From positions 96,001-160,000 of the forward strand of contig JBKAGE010000079.1 of NCBI GenBank assembly GCA_046290225.1: a stretch of DNA of 64,000 nt, given 5' to 3'. Shown in pieces: positions 49,208-58,857 of the stretch. A program made the position numbers and the translations under genes. Position 1 is the stretch's first letter. Every line of letters begins with the position of its first letter. The notes under the pieces were generated by a model that saw nothing but the letters and a program-made list of their open reading frames with translations, was not told the DNA's origin and did not search any database. Source of the stretch: Bradymonadia bacterium. GTDB lineage: Bacteria; Myxococcota_A; Bradymonadia; UBA7976; UBA1532.

Positions 49208-50125
49208 CTAGATCTCCATGCTCTCCATGCGGATGCGGCCGAGATCGAGCCACTCTTTTTCGAAGTACTCCGCGGTGAGGTTCAGGTAGGCCGCCCCCTC
49301 GTCTTGAGCGAGGGTCTTGAAGTCCACCCCTTCGCCGGTGGGGTTCGCCTCGAGCAACCAGCGCACCCGGTCCGCCACCCGGATGAGGGCCACGAGGTTG
49401 GCCACCGCGCCGCCTTCACTGAAGGCCCGCCCCGCCTGGTGATGCCAGGCCACCACCGTGGGCACCGGCTCAGGAATGTTCCAGCTGCGAAGCAGGTGGC
49501 CTGCGAGCACGCCGTGGTCGAACCCGTTGGCTTTGCGCTCCAGCACATAGGTGGTGTTCCACTCCTTTTTGCTCTGGCGCAGAAGATCCGGGTAGTGGGT
49601 CTTATCTACCTGCAACATCATCAGCTTGCCGATGTCGTGGAGCAGGGCACAGGTGTAGACGTCGGCGGCGTCGAGATCGCGACGCCGGCCGGCGATGTAC
49701 CGTGCGAGACCGCCCACCACCACCGAGTCCTGCTTGATCTTCGCCCCCATCTGCCCGATGTCGCGGAACGTCTCCAACACCGCCGAGCCTGCTGCGAGGC
49801 CCCGAACGAGGTTGGTGCCCAGGAGCGTGATGGCGTCAGAGACGCTGCGGCAGGGGTGCTTGAGACCCACGGCGCCCGAGTTCACCAACCGCAAAAGCTT
49901 CGAAGAAAGGCCAGGATCACTCGTGATGAGTCGCTCCACCTCGGCGACGCTGTAGTTGGGATCACGGGTGATGGTGAGCAACCGCACGGCGGCGGCGGGG
50001 AAGGGGAGCACCCCAGAGGTCTCGACCAGGATCGCCACCATGCTTCGGGCGGCGCGCTGCTCGGCCTCGGCGTCTGGGGCGGTGCCAAACCAAAGCTCTT
50101 CTTCGACGGAAAACTCGGAGTTCAT
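49208..50125 (-). CDS. Stand-alone HDOD domain protein
   Basis: DPGLSSKLLRLVNS, AITLLG, ALLHDIGKL, GFDH....HLLRSWNIP, WHH. Confidence 0.92.
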   Translation of the reverse strand: MNSEFSVEEELWFGTAPDAEAEQRAARSMVAILVETSGVLPFPAAAVRLLTITRDPNYSVAEVERLITSDPGLSSKLLRLVNSGAVGLKHPCRSVSDAITLLGTNLVRGLAAGSAVLETFRDIGQMGAKIKQDSVVVGGLARYIAGRRRDLDAADVYTCALLHDIGKLMMLQVDKTHYPDLLRQSKKEWNTTYVLERKANGFDHGVLAGHLLRSWNIPEPVPTVVAWHHQAGRAFSEGGAVANLVALIRVADRVRWLLEANPTGEGVDFKTLAQDEGAAYLNLTAEYFEKEWLDLGRIRMESMEI

Positions 50126-50255
50126 GCTGTCGTCCTGCGGATGTGGCGGTGGGGCCGGCGGCGATGGCCCAGTTGTCTCTGAACGCTACAGAGATCGGCC
50201 GAAACACCCCGCACCTTGAGGCCTGGACGGCATTTGAAGGGCCTCGAAAGGGCCC

Positions 50256-51161
50256 TCACACCCGGACGAGCAAGCCCTCTTCCACGAGATCTCGAATCAA
50301 CTCCAGCGCTTGGCCTTCGTCTGCGCCGGCCGACGCCGCTGTCGAGATGGCCTCTGACTCGTTTTGGGGGGCCTCGTTCAGGCCATCGAGCAGAGCGTTG
50401 AGGGCCTGTGAGCCGCCCCCGAGGGACAGGCTGATTTCGCCTTCTGGTCCTGCCCCGTTGTCCTCGGGCCATCGACCTTCTACGAGCAGATATTCGGGCT
50501 GGGCCCGATCGAGCGCGGGGGTGGCAGGTCGTGGAAACTGCCCCTTGAGCACCGCGGTCATGGCCTCGGCGCCGAGGGCGTCGAGGGCGGCCTTTACCGC
50601 GCTGTAGAGCTGCAGGCCGCCGCCTGCGAGGGTGAGCGGCTGTACGAGAGGGCTGCATTGGTAAAGCGCGCCGTCCTGCACGGCCCGAGGTTGCGCCCGC
50701 CTCAGCCGGGCGAAGGCGAGCTCGAGATCGACCAGGGCCCTCAGCGCCGTGCCCTCGGCGCCTTCGAGGGGGGACCAGAGCCTCAACCACGTGCCGAAGG
50801 CCAGGGCCAGCACCCCTCGGTGTTGAATGCATCGATGAAAGGCCGGGCTCGAGAAGAAGCTGTCGAGAGCGGCGCCACCGAGGATCCCACCTGAGGCGCC
50901 TCGGGCGGAGATCACCCATGCGCCCGCCACTGGGTACTCGTCGAGCAGCGCTGTGAGCGAGCGGGTTCGGCGGAGCGGATCAGTGGTGAAGGCGCGACGA
51001 TCGATGGCGGTGAGCCAGCCCACAGCTTCTTCAGGCAGCTGCACGGAGCACAGAGGCCCTTGGAGCGCAGTCTGAGGATCAGCGAAGACCGCCTCGGCGA
51101 AGGGGCGGTCGTAGAGCATGCGCACCACGACGCGTTGCAGAGTCACATGGGTGTCGCTCAT
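50256..51161 (-). CDS. DUF692 partner protein (DUF2063-like with C-terminal wHTH/RRE-like region)
   Basis: ATGA-coupled to DUF692; LLDEYP...FF...LVDLELA; terminal ALELIRDLVEEGLL helix. Confidence 0.6.
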   Translation of the reverse strand: MSDTHVTLQRVVVRMLYDRPFAEAVFADPQTALQGPLCSVQLPEEAVGWLTAIDRRAFTTDPLRRTRSLTALLDEYPVAGAWVISARGASGGILGGAALDSFFSSPAFHRCIQHRGVLALAFGTWLRLWSPLEGAEGTALRALVDLELAFARLRRAQPRAVQDGALYQCSPLVQPLTLAGGGLQLYSAVKAALDALGAEAMTAVLKGQFPRPATPALDRAQPEYLLVEGRWPEDNGAGPEGEISLSLGGGSQALNALLDGLNEAPQNESEAISTAASAGADEGQALELIRDLVEEGLLVRV

Positions 51162-52033
51162 GGCATCCACCCCAGGGCGTCGAGGGCCTCGGCGATGCGG
51201 GCAAAGCCCGGCAGGCAATCTTCGAGGGGGTTGCGCTCACACTCGAAGACCACGGCCTTCAAGTTGCTCGCTCGGGCGACGACGTGCTCGAAGATGCGCC
51301 AGGTGTCGTCGAGGACCTCGGGGGTGTGATCGTCGGCGATGTATCCGAAGCCCTCGTGCTGCTTCTCCACACCCCCGGCGACGTGCAGCTCGACGACCCG
51401 ATCGAGGGGGAACCCGTCGAAGGCCGTGAGCGGATCGTGACCCATGGCGCGTTGATAGATGGCGAGGTGGGCGCAGTCGAGAAGCATCCCTGTGTCTCCG
51501 GCCTCACAGACCTGGCCGAAGAAGTCGAGCAGGTGCAGATCACCGATGAAGGCCTCACCAGGCGGGTTCTCGGGCAGCACCTCGTACCCCGCCCCTGCCC
51601 GCAGGGTACACACGCCTTCCCCCATGGCGAGGGCGGCGTCCCGAGAGAGGATGGGAGGCAACAGCAGCATGTGATTGCGATCACGGGGACCAAAGTGCCA
51701 GAGCCCGGCGTCGCCACACATCCATGCAGGCCGCACCACCGCTGCGAGATCGGCCACCCGGGCGAGCCAGCGATCGTCGAAGTCCGCGGGCTCGTCGAGG
51801 TTGATGTCGAGGAAGTGATAGGTCGTGGCCCGACCCGCCTCGGCCCAGGCCCTGGCGTCGTGATCGAGGCCCTTGCTCGCCTCGACGCCGATTTCGAGGA
51901 AGCCCGCATACCGAGGGTGAGCTCTCCACAAGGCCTCGACGTCGAGGGCCCCCGCGGCGCCGGCGGCGCCATACTCGGTGGAGACTCCGATGCCGAGCTT
52001 GGGCAGGTTCAGAACACGATCGGTGAACCCCAT
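51158..52033 (-). CDS. DUF692 family multinuclear non-heme iron oxidative enzyme (MNIO)
   Basis: LGIG, FLEI, YHF..INL, LLP, PENPP, LLD, FPLDRVVELHVAGG, DDH, VVFE in family order. Confidence 0.85.
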   Translation of the reverse strand: MGFTDRVLNLPKLGIGVSTEYGAAGAAGALDVEALWRAHPRYAGFLEIGVEASKGLDHDARAWAEAGRATTYHFLDINLDEPADFDDRWLARVADLAAVVRPAWMCGDAGLWHFGPRDRNHMLLLPPILSRDAALAMGEGVCTLRAGAGYEVLPENPPGEAFIGDLHLLDFFGQVCEAGDTGMLLDCAHLAIYQRAMGHDPLTAFDGFPLDRVVELHVAGGVEKQHEGFGYIADDHTPEVLDDTWRIFEHVVARASNLKAVVFECERNPLEDCLPGFARIAEALDALGWMP

Positions 52034-53031
52034 CAACGCTCTCCTGAATGCAAGGCGGCGGCGAGGGCGCTGAGAGGGCCTCGCTGATCGCCGAGGGCCG
52101 CGGGCACGAGGCGTACGCGCTTGCGGGCCCGGGGAATGGACTCGATTTCGAGGGTGTGCCTTGCGGGCGGCAGAAAGAGATCTGGCCACGCAGCGCCGAT
52201 GGTGCCCACGACGATGATCTCGGGGTTGAGCAGATCGGTGAGCAGGGCGCTGAGGCGACCTAGAGCGTGACCGATGCGTCCCGTAGCCCGCAATGCGGCC
52301 TTGTCTCCAGCGCTCGCCGCGAGGCACAGCTGGTGGGGGTCGAGATCGGGCCGGACCACGCCGTCGCTGAGCAAGGCGGAGGCCTCACCACGCTGTTGAG
52401 CGACGAGGGCCTCTGCCCGAGCCACCTGGGTCATGCCCGGGCCGCTGAGCCACCCTTCGACGCTCCCTCGTTTGCCGAAACCGACAGGGCCTTCATCTGT
52501 GAGGCGCAGGTGCCCGATCTCCCCGGCGAGCTCGTCGGGCCCCTGGAACAGCCGGCCGTCGATGACGAGGCCTGCCCCCATGCCCGTGCTCATGGTGAGG
52601 TAGATCACCGTGCTGTGACCACGGGCCGCACCCCACCGCCACTCTGCGAGGGCGGTGGCGTTGGCGTCGTTCATCATTGTGGCCGGGATCTTGCGCACGG
52701 CATTCTCGCCGATCTGCTGCGGGCTGCGGGCGAGGTGGTCGAGTAGGGCGAAGTCATGCCAGCGGGGCATGTTCGGTGGATCGAGAAACCGCCCCTCGGC
52801 GCCAGACATGGGCCCGGGGCACGCGAAGCCCAGGGCTACAGGAGCGCCGGGGCGATCACCCCACAGGCTCCGCAGGCCGCCGAGGGCCTCGTCGATGAGG
52901 ATCTCCGGAGCGGCATCTTTTCGAGTGGGCTGCTGCCCTCGGGCGACGAGCTCGCCGTCGGTGGTGCCCAGGCACCAGGCGAGTTTGGTGCCGCCGATGT
53001 CGATGCCGGCGATGAGTTCAGTGCGTGTCAT
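52033..53031 (-). CDS. ROK family sugar kinase
   Basis: GIDIGGTK, NDANATALAEWRWGA, STGMGAG, AGEIGH; no HTH; TGATG-coupled to DUF692. Confidence 0.92.
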   Translation of the reverse strand: MTRTELIAGIDIGGTKLAWCLGTTDGELVARGQQPTRKDAAPEILIDEALGGLRSLWGDRPGAPVALGFACPGPMSGAEGRFLDPPNMPRWHDFALLDHLARSPQQIGENAVRKIPATMMNDANATALAEWRWGAARGHSTVIYLTMSTGMGAGLVIDGRLFQGPDELAGEIGHLRLTDEGPVGFGKRGSVEGWLSGPGMTQVARAEALVAQQRGEASALLSDGVVRPDLDPHQLCLAASAGDKAALRATGRIGHALGRLSALLTDLLNPEIIVVGTIGAAWPDLFLPPARHTLEIESIPRARKRVRLVPAALGDQRGPLSALAAALHSGER

Positions 53032-53078
53032 GGGGGATGGATAATGGCGATGGATGCGATCTTCAAGGTGTGTCTCCC

Positions 53079-53107
53079 TTGCAGGGGGTCTGCGGTTCGC
53101 CTCTAAT
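53079..53107 (+). promoter_or_regulatory. Candidate sigma-70 promoter, probably leaderless
   Basis: TTGCAG-N17-TCTAAT, 8 nt before ATG 53116; no SD. Confidence 0.45.
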
Positions 53108-53115
53108 GCCCCATC

Positions 53116-54564
53116 ATGTCAGACACCACACCTCGACGCGCCGACCGCAAACAGATCTGGTTGTTGCTGGGCCCGCTCATCGCCGCTGCGGCCGGCGTCG
53201 CCGGCGCCTTGGGCGGGTTGCCACAGCCTGCGTGGATCACCGCCGCCGTCACCGCCTTGTGCGCTGTTTGGTGGGTCACCGAGGCTATCCCCATCCCCGC
53301 CACCTCGTTGATTCCCCTTGGAGCCTTCCCGCTCACTGGGGTGCTCGGCCACAAAGAGGTGGCTGCGGCCTATGGCCACACACAGATTTTGCTGCTCATG
53401 GGGGGCTTCATGCTCTCTACCGCAGTGGAGCGCAGCGGCGCCCACCGGAGGCTGGCGTTGTTGATGATTCGGGCTGTGGGTGGTCGAAGCGGCCAGGGGG
53501 CTGACGGCAAGCGGCTCGTGCTGGGCTTCATGCTGGCCACCGCGGTGTGCAGCATGTGGATCTCCAACACCGCCACCACCCTGATGCTGCTCCCTGTAGC
53601 CCTCGCCGTGCTCGACAGCGCCAAAGATGGTGAGCGGCTGGCCATGCCGTTGCTGTTGGGCATCGCCTACGCCGCCAGCATCGGCGGCATGGGCACGCCT
53701 GTGGGTACGCCGCCGAACGTGGTGCTCATGGGCATCTATGAAGAAACTACGGGCAACACCATCGACTTCGCTGGCTGGATGCAGGTGGGGATCCCGGTGG
53801 TGGCCATCTTCATCCCCATCGCCTGGTTGTATCTGGTGCGCCGACTGAAGAGCACAGCCGGTGTGGGCGAGCTGCCCGCCATGGGCCCTTGGCGCAAGCC
53901 CGAGGTGCGAGTGTTGATGGTCTTCGGTATCACCGCGATGTTGTGGGTGTTTCGCAGCAGGCCCTATGGCGGTTGGGTCGGAGGTGTTGAGTGGCTGCTC
54001 GGGGCCAAGGTGGGCGTCGGTGACGCCACTGTGGCGGCCCTGGCTGTGGTGGCTCTTTTTGTGCTGCCCGATGGTGAGGGTGATCGCATGCTCGATTGGG
54101 AGACGGCTCGGAAGATCCCCTGGGGCCTGTTGCTCTTGTTCGGCGGGGGCATCGCCATCGCCTGGGCCTTCAAGGCCAGCGGCCTCTCGGGGCAGTTGGG
54201 CGCGCTGCTGGCGCCCCTCACTGAACTGCCGATCCTCGCCACCGTGGCCCTCATCTGCCTCGCGGTGACCTTCCTCACAGAAGTGACCAGCAACACCGCC
54301 ACCACCAACCTGCTCATGCCCATCCTGGCCCAGGCAGCGGTCTCCGCGGGGGTGGAGCCCACCTCTCTCATGGTGCCTGCGGCCTTGAGCGCCAGCTGCG
54401 CCTTCATGCTGCCCGTGGCCACGGCGCCGAACGCCATCGTGATGGGCACCGAGCGCATCACGATCCCACAAATGGCGCGGGAGGGCTTCGCCTTGAACCT
54501 CGCCGGTGTGGTGGTGATCACCCTCACGTGCTGGGCCCTCGTGAGCACACTGGAGCCCACCTGA
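53116..54564 (+). CDS. SLC13/DASS family anion:sodium symporter
   Basis: WWVTEAIP, SMWISNTAT, GTPVGTPPN, TEVTSNTAT, AFMLPVATAPNAIV. Confidence 0.93.
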   Translation: MSDTTPRRADRKQIWLLLGPLIAAAAGVAGALGGLPQPAWITAAVTALCAVWWVTEAIPIPATSLIPLGAFPLTGVLGHKEVAAAYGHTQILLLMGGFMLSTAVERSGAHRRLALLMIRAVGGRSGQGADGKRLVLGFMLATAVCSMWISNTATTLMLLPVALAVLDSAKDGERLAMPLLLGIAYAASIGGMGTPVGTPPNVVLMGIYEETTGNTIDFAGWMQVGIPVVAIFIPIAWLYLVRRLKSTAGVGELPAMGPWRKPEVRVLMVFGITAMLWVFRSRPYGGWVGGVEWLLGAKVGVGDATVAALAVVALFVLPDGEGDRMLDWETARKIPWGLLLLFGGGIAIAWAFKASGLSGQLGALLAPLTELPILATVALICLAVTFLTEVTSNTATTNLLMPILAQAAVSAGVEPTSLMVPAALSASCAFMLPVATAPNAIVMGTERITIPQMAREGFALNLAGVVVITLTCWALVSTLEPT

Positions 54565-54591
54565 ATCACCCGAGTCTGTGATCCCGAACTG

Positions 54592-55428
54592 ATGCTCCAC
54601 ATCGAACACCTGACGGTACGCTACGGCGACCGCGCCGCTGTCGACGATCTCGACCTGCACGTGCCTGAGGGCTCGCTCTTCGGGCTGTTGGGCCCCAACG
54701 GCGCAGGCAAGACCACCACGCTCTCGTCGGTGGTGGGGCTGCGCCGACCCGACGCAGGCCGAATCACCGTGGCGGGCATCGACGTCGCCGCCGATCCTCA
54801 GGGGGCCCGCAGGGTGCTGGGCTGGGTGCCCCAGAGCCTGGCGCTCTACCCCGAGCTGACGGTGAAGCAGAATCTGAAGGCCTTCGGTGGCCTCTATGAC
54901 CTCCGCGGGGCGACGCTGCAGGGGCGCATCAACGAGGCGTTGGAGCTGGCGCAGCTCGTCGATCGGGCAGGGAGCAAGGTGGGGCACTTGTCCGGCGGCA
55001 TGCAGCGTCGGCTGAACCTCGCCGTTGCGCTGCTGCACAAGCCGAAGCTCTTGATCTGTGACGAGCCCACCACGGGGGTGGATCCACAGTCGCGCAATCA
55101 CCTGTTCGAGACGATCAAGCGCCTCAACGCCACGGGGATGACTGTCATCTACACCACCCACTACATGGAAGAGGTGCAGGCGCTGTGTGATCGGGTGGCC
55201 ATCATGGACGCGGGTCGCATCATCGTGGAGGACACGCTTCAGGCGCTGCTCGGGCGCCCGGGCGATCGCTGGTTCGATCTCGACTTCGAAGGCCCGGTCA
55301 CCGCGGCGCAAGTCGAACAGGCGCTGCGCGATGCCGGGTTGCCGATCTCGGCGATTCGGCCGCGGCCCCGCACCCTGGAGACGCTGTTCCTCGAGCACAC
55401 CGGCCATGGTCTGAGGGACGAGACGTGA
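54592..55428 (+). CDS. ABC-2 exporter ATP-binding protein
   Basis: GPNGAGKTT, LSGGMQRR, DEPTTGVDP, TTHYMEE. Confidence 0.95.
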   Translation: MLHIEHLTVRYGDRAAVDDLDLHVPEGSLFGLLGPNGAGKTTTLSSVVGLRRPDAGRITVAGIDVAADPQGARRVLGWVPQSLALYPELTVKQNLKAFGGLYDLRGATLQGRINEALELAQLVDRAGSKVGHLSGGMQRRLNLAVALLHKPKLLICDEPTTGVDPQSRNHLFETIKRLNATGMTVIYTTHYMEEVQALCDRVAIMDAGRIIVEDTLQALLGRPGDRWFDLDFEGPVTAAQVEQALRDAGLPISAIRPRPRTLETLFLEHTGHGLRDET

Positions 55429-56696
55429 GGGCCATCATCCACGTGCTGCAAGTGGAGCTGGTGCGGTTCTTCGCTGACCCCAAGGGGGCGGTGCTCACCG
55501 TGCTCATGCCCCTGACCCTCGGGGCGCTGCTGGGCATGTTGTTTTCACCGGACGCGCTCTCCGGGCAGGTGCAGCTGCTCGTCGCCGACGAAGATGGCGG
55601 GCCCAGGGTGCAGGCGTTGATTCAGGCCCTCGACGATGATGACGGCATTCGCGTAGAGCGGGTGAGCGTGGCCGATGGTGAGGCGGCGGTCACCGCGGGC
55701 CGAGTGCCGGCCCTGCTGGTGATCCCCCAAGGCACCGACGCCGCCCTGAGCCCACGGCAGCTGCTGGAGCAGCCCCGGCCGGTGCTGCCGCTGCGCTTTG
55801 ATCCTGCACGCGCCGCAGAGCGGGCCCGTCTCGAAGGCAGTCTGCGGCGCACCGTGGCCCGCCACATCGTCTCCACGGTGCTGGCCCCGAAGCCCCTCGC
55901 CGAGCTGCTCGAAGGCCTCAAGGGCAAGTTGGCGATGTTGCCTGCAGTCCTCGCCGAGCGCATTCGAGCCGTCGTCACCGAGATCCAGCGCGTGCTTCGG
56001 GACCTGCCCGACATCTCGCTGGGCCCAGAGGGGATCGGCGGCGCGTTGCCCCCGCCGGTGAACATTGTTGCTGAGCAGGTGAGCGAGGGGCAGGGCACTG
56101 AATATCACCCGTACGCACACACCTTCGCCGGCATGCTGTGCCAGTTCTTGATGTTCATGGCGGCGAGCATGGCCCGGGGCCTCATCGCCGATGGTCAGAG
56201 AGGGGCGCTGAGCCGACTTCGGGCTGCGCCCGTCGAAGGTTGGCAGATCCTCGTGGGCGCTGGGTGTGGCGCTTCGGTGGTGGCGTTGTTGGGGTCCCTC
56301 CTGGTCTACGGGGTGGCGATCCCGGTCTTCGGGGTCACCGTCGAGGGTTCGTGGCTGGGGCTGGGCGCTGTGCTCGTGGGGCAGGCGATCTTCATCGGCG
56401 GGTTCATGTTGCTGCTCGCGGGCCTCGGGCGCACCGAGCGGCAAGTGGAGACGGTGGGCACCTTCGTGATCTTGACGATGTCGTTTCTCGGTGGGGCGTG
56501 GATCCCGGCGTTCCTGATGCCCGAGTGGGTGCAGGGCCTGGGCCACGCCGTGCCCACGTGGTGGGCCACCGAGGGCCTCGCCGCCATGACCTGGCGGGGG
56601 CTGCCGCTGTCGGCCGCGTTGGCCTCTGCAGGGGCGCTCACAGGCTTTGGGCTGTTCTGCGCCGCGGTGGGATTGAAGCGCTTCAGGTGGGGGTGA
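55425..56696 (+). CDS. ABC-2 exporter permease
   Basis: TM + large loop + about 5 TMs; GALSRLRAAP, FLGGAWIP..MP; GTGA overlap. Confidence 0.9.
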   Translation: MRAIIHVLQVELVRFFADPKGAVLTVLMPLTLGALLGMLFSPDALSGQVQLLVADEDGGPRVQALIQALDDDDGIRVERVSVADGEAAVTAGRVPALLVIPQGTDAALSPRQLLEQPRPVLPLRFDPARAAERARLEGSLRRTVARHIVSTVLAPKPLAELLEGLKGKLAMLPAVLAERIRAVVTEIQRVLRDLPDISLGPEGIGGALPPPVNIVAEQVSEGQGTEYHPYAHTFAGMLCQFLMFMAASMARGLIADGQRGALSRLRAAPVEGWQILVGAGCGASVVALLGSLLVYGVAIPVFGVTVEGSWLGLGAVLVGQAIFIGGFMLLLAGLGRTERQVETVGTFVILTMSFLGGAWIPAFLMPEWVQGLGHAVPTWWATEGLAAMTWRGLPLSAALASAGALTGFGLFCAAVGLKRFRWG

Positions 56697-56715
56697 GCAC
56701 AGGCCGTGCTCGCGA

Positions 56716-58857
56716 TCACAACACCCAATCGACACCGAGGACGAGGCCAGGCCAGGACTGAACCTGCATCTCGTCTCCGGAGTAGACGATGTTGATGTTG
56801 CCGCCGCCGAAGAAGACGAGCTCATCTGTGATGGGTTGTCGGGCCAATACGCGAGCACGGGTGATCATGTGGTGGGCCTCCGAGTCATGCCACTTCGCGC
56901 CCTCGGCGCCGATGTAGTGAATGAAGTCGACATCGAAGTGGAGGCCGTTGGGGGCTTGGATCCGGCCGCCAAAGCCTGCGCCGAAGAAGCCGATCTCTTC
57001 TTCTGTCTCGGGCAGCCCGACGCCAAACCAGCCGCTGGGACGAAGAGACGTGGCGAGGATGGTGTAGAAGCTGCGGCTGCCCATCTTCAACCCCACATGG
57101 GTGACGGCGAGATCACTGCTCCAGACCCCCATCTCCAAAATGCCGTCGCCGATGATGTTCACGAGCCCGATGGGGACCCCGTCCATGGAGTCGGCGACGT
57201 TGACGAGTCCGATCTGCACCCCGGATATGTGCCGAGCGACGTTGACGAGGCTGATTTGGGCGCCGGTGACGTCTCCACCGACGTTGGCCACTGCAGAGAG
57301 CTGTGCCCCAGTCACCTGCTCTCCAATGTTGGTCACACCCGCGAGCTGCGACCCGGCATATGCGCCGCTGCTGAGGTTGAAGACCCCTGCTGCCTGAACC
57401 CCGGAGCCGCCCTCGTTGCCATTGAACACCCCGGCGACGTCGAGGCCGTGCTGCTCGCCCTCCACATAGCTGAAGACCCCCGACGCGCGAAGGCCATAGG
57501 TGTTGGCCCTCACCACACTGAAGACGCCCGCGAGCTGCAGGCCTTCCACGTCACCGGCTTGCAGCGCGCCGATGCCGGCGACGCCCAGGCCTCGAAGGCG
57601 CCGGCCCTTGCCCACCAGGATAGAGAGGCTCGCGTAGTTGTCCGCCTCGCCCTCCGGATGATGGGTGTAGTTGGTGTCGAGTGGTGGCAATACGCTCACT
57701 GCCACGATGGAGGAGGGTCCTTGACCGAAGCCCGCTCCGGCCCCACCGCGGGCGACGGACACCTCGCCCTCAAAGGCCGAAAAACTCTTCGGCCCCAGCA
57801 TGAGGGGGCTCGCCTCGCTCAAGGTGAATCGGGCCTCCGAGCGCTCGTGGGTGCTGTGTAAAACGGCGCTGTACGCCCCGGGCTCGAAGCCCAGGCTCAT
57901 GGGGCGACCGCTCACCTTGGCCAGCTCCGCCACGAGGCGGCCATTGCCGTCGCGAATGAAGAGTCGGCCGCCGAGCTCCGGGGCGAGCTGTAGCCCTGCG
58001 CTGGCCCCTCGCAAATCGGTGAGGACCACATCGCCCTGACCGCTGAGTTGCAGATCGTAGTTGGGGTGCTGGGTGCCGATGCGGGACTGCTCTGTGCGGG
58101 CGAGGGTCTCGTGGTAGGCGAACTGGTAGGCCTCGTTCAGGGTGACCCGTCGATCCCCCGTGGTGTCCGCGGCCCCTCGCAAGCCCGAGAGCAGGTAGTG
58201 GGTGAAGTACGACGCCTGCACGAGATCGGACTCCTGGGCAGACTCGTCTGCAGAGGCCGAGGTGAGGAACGCGTGGCCCGAGACCTCGGATGCGGCATCG
58301 ACGAGCAGAGGCGGTCGCCGGATGCCGCCCTTTGCCCGGGCGAGGGCACCCGAGGCGCAGGCGTCGACGATGGCGATGTGCACATCGGCGGGCAGGGCCC
58401 GGATGGCGGCCTTGAGCGTGCCGTACTCAAGGCGCTCTCCGCCGAGGAGCAGGCCCCGATCGTCGGCGTGGCCCGAGTAGTACACCACCAGCTCCAGGCG
58501 GCTTCCTGGCCATTGACGGCGCGAGGCTTCGAGCCGCCCCTCGAGGGTGCGAAACGCCTCGGCGAAGGCCGTGGGGCTCGGATCCACCAGGAGCACGTGA
58601 TCGGCGCGGGCCACGCCGCCGAGCTCTGTGAGCACCTTCTGTACGGCCCGGGCATCGGAGATGGCGTAGCGCAGTGGGATCCGGTCCGAGCCGCCGTCGT
58701 TCGCCCCAGCGAGGAGGGCAAATCGTCGAACACGGATGTCTTCGCCTGCGGCCTCGGCGATGCACATGCGAGGGAGCAGAATCGGGACCAGCACATGAAA
58801 CAGCACGCCGAGGGTGAGCGCGAGCCGCCGAGATCCGACGATGGCGTGAATCTTCAC
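56716..58857 (-). CDS. Exported caspase-family (peptidase C14) protein with G-x-Q surface repeats and probable C-terminal beta-barrel
   Basis: Signal peptide; FALLAGAN, LRYAISDA, YYSGHA (His 58468-58470), VDAC (Cys 58357-58359), SYFT; repeats GVQAAGVFN/GAQISLVN/GVQIGLVN; ends LGVDWVL. Confidence 0.9.
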   Translation of the reverse strand: MKIHAIVGSRRLALTLGVLFHVLVPILLPRMCIAEAAGEDIRVRRFALLAGANDGGSDRIPLRYAISDARAVQKVLTELGGVARADHVLLVDPSPTAFAEAFRTLEGRLEASRRQWPGSRLELVVYYSGHADDRGLLLGGERLEYGTLKAAIRALPADVHIAIVDACASGALARAKGGIRRPPLLVDAASEVSGHAFLTSASADESAQESDLVQASYFTHYLLSGLRGAADTTGDRRVTLNEAYQFAYHETLARTEQSRIGTQHPNYDLQLSGQGDVVLTDLRGASAGLQLAPELGGRLFIRDGNGRLVAELAKVSGRPMSLGFEPGAYSAVLHSTHERSEARFTLSEASPLMLGPKSFSAFEGEVSVARGGAGAGFGQGPSSIVAVSVLPPLDTNYTHHPEGEADNYASLSILVGKGRRLRGLGVAGIGALQAGDVEGLQLAGVFSVVRANTYGLRASGVFSYVEGEQHGLDVAGVFNGNEGGSGVQAAGVFNLSSGAYAGSQLAGVTNIGEQVTGAQLSAVANVGGDVTGAQISLVNVARHISGVQIGLVNVADSMDGVPIGLVNIIGDGILEMGVWSSDLAVTHVGLKMGSRSFYTILATSLRPSGWFGVGLPETEEEIGFFGAGFGGRIQAPNGLHFDVDFIHYIGAEGAKWHDSEAHHMITRARVLARQPITDELVFFGGGNINIVYSGDEMQVQSWPGLVLGVDWVL

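Noticed and set aside
49962..50207. Small ORF as the MNIO precursor peptide (also 53103-53354)
   Set aside because: The first overlaps HDOD out of frame, has no Cys and no leader features; the second is antisense to the DASS gene
50238..50256. Terminator AGGGCC-TCGAAAG-GGCCCT after the MNIO partner
   Set aside because: Six-bp stem followed by little U-tract; cannot decide whether HDOD is co-transcribed
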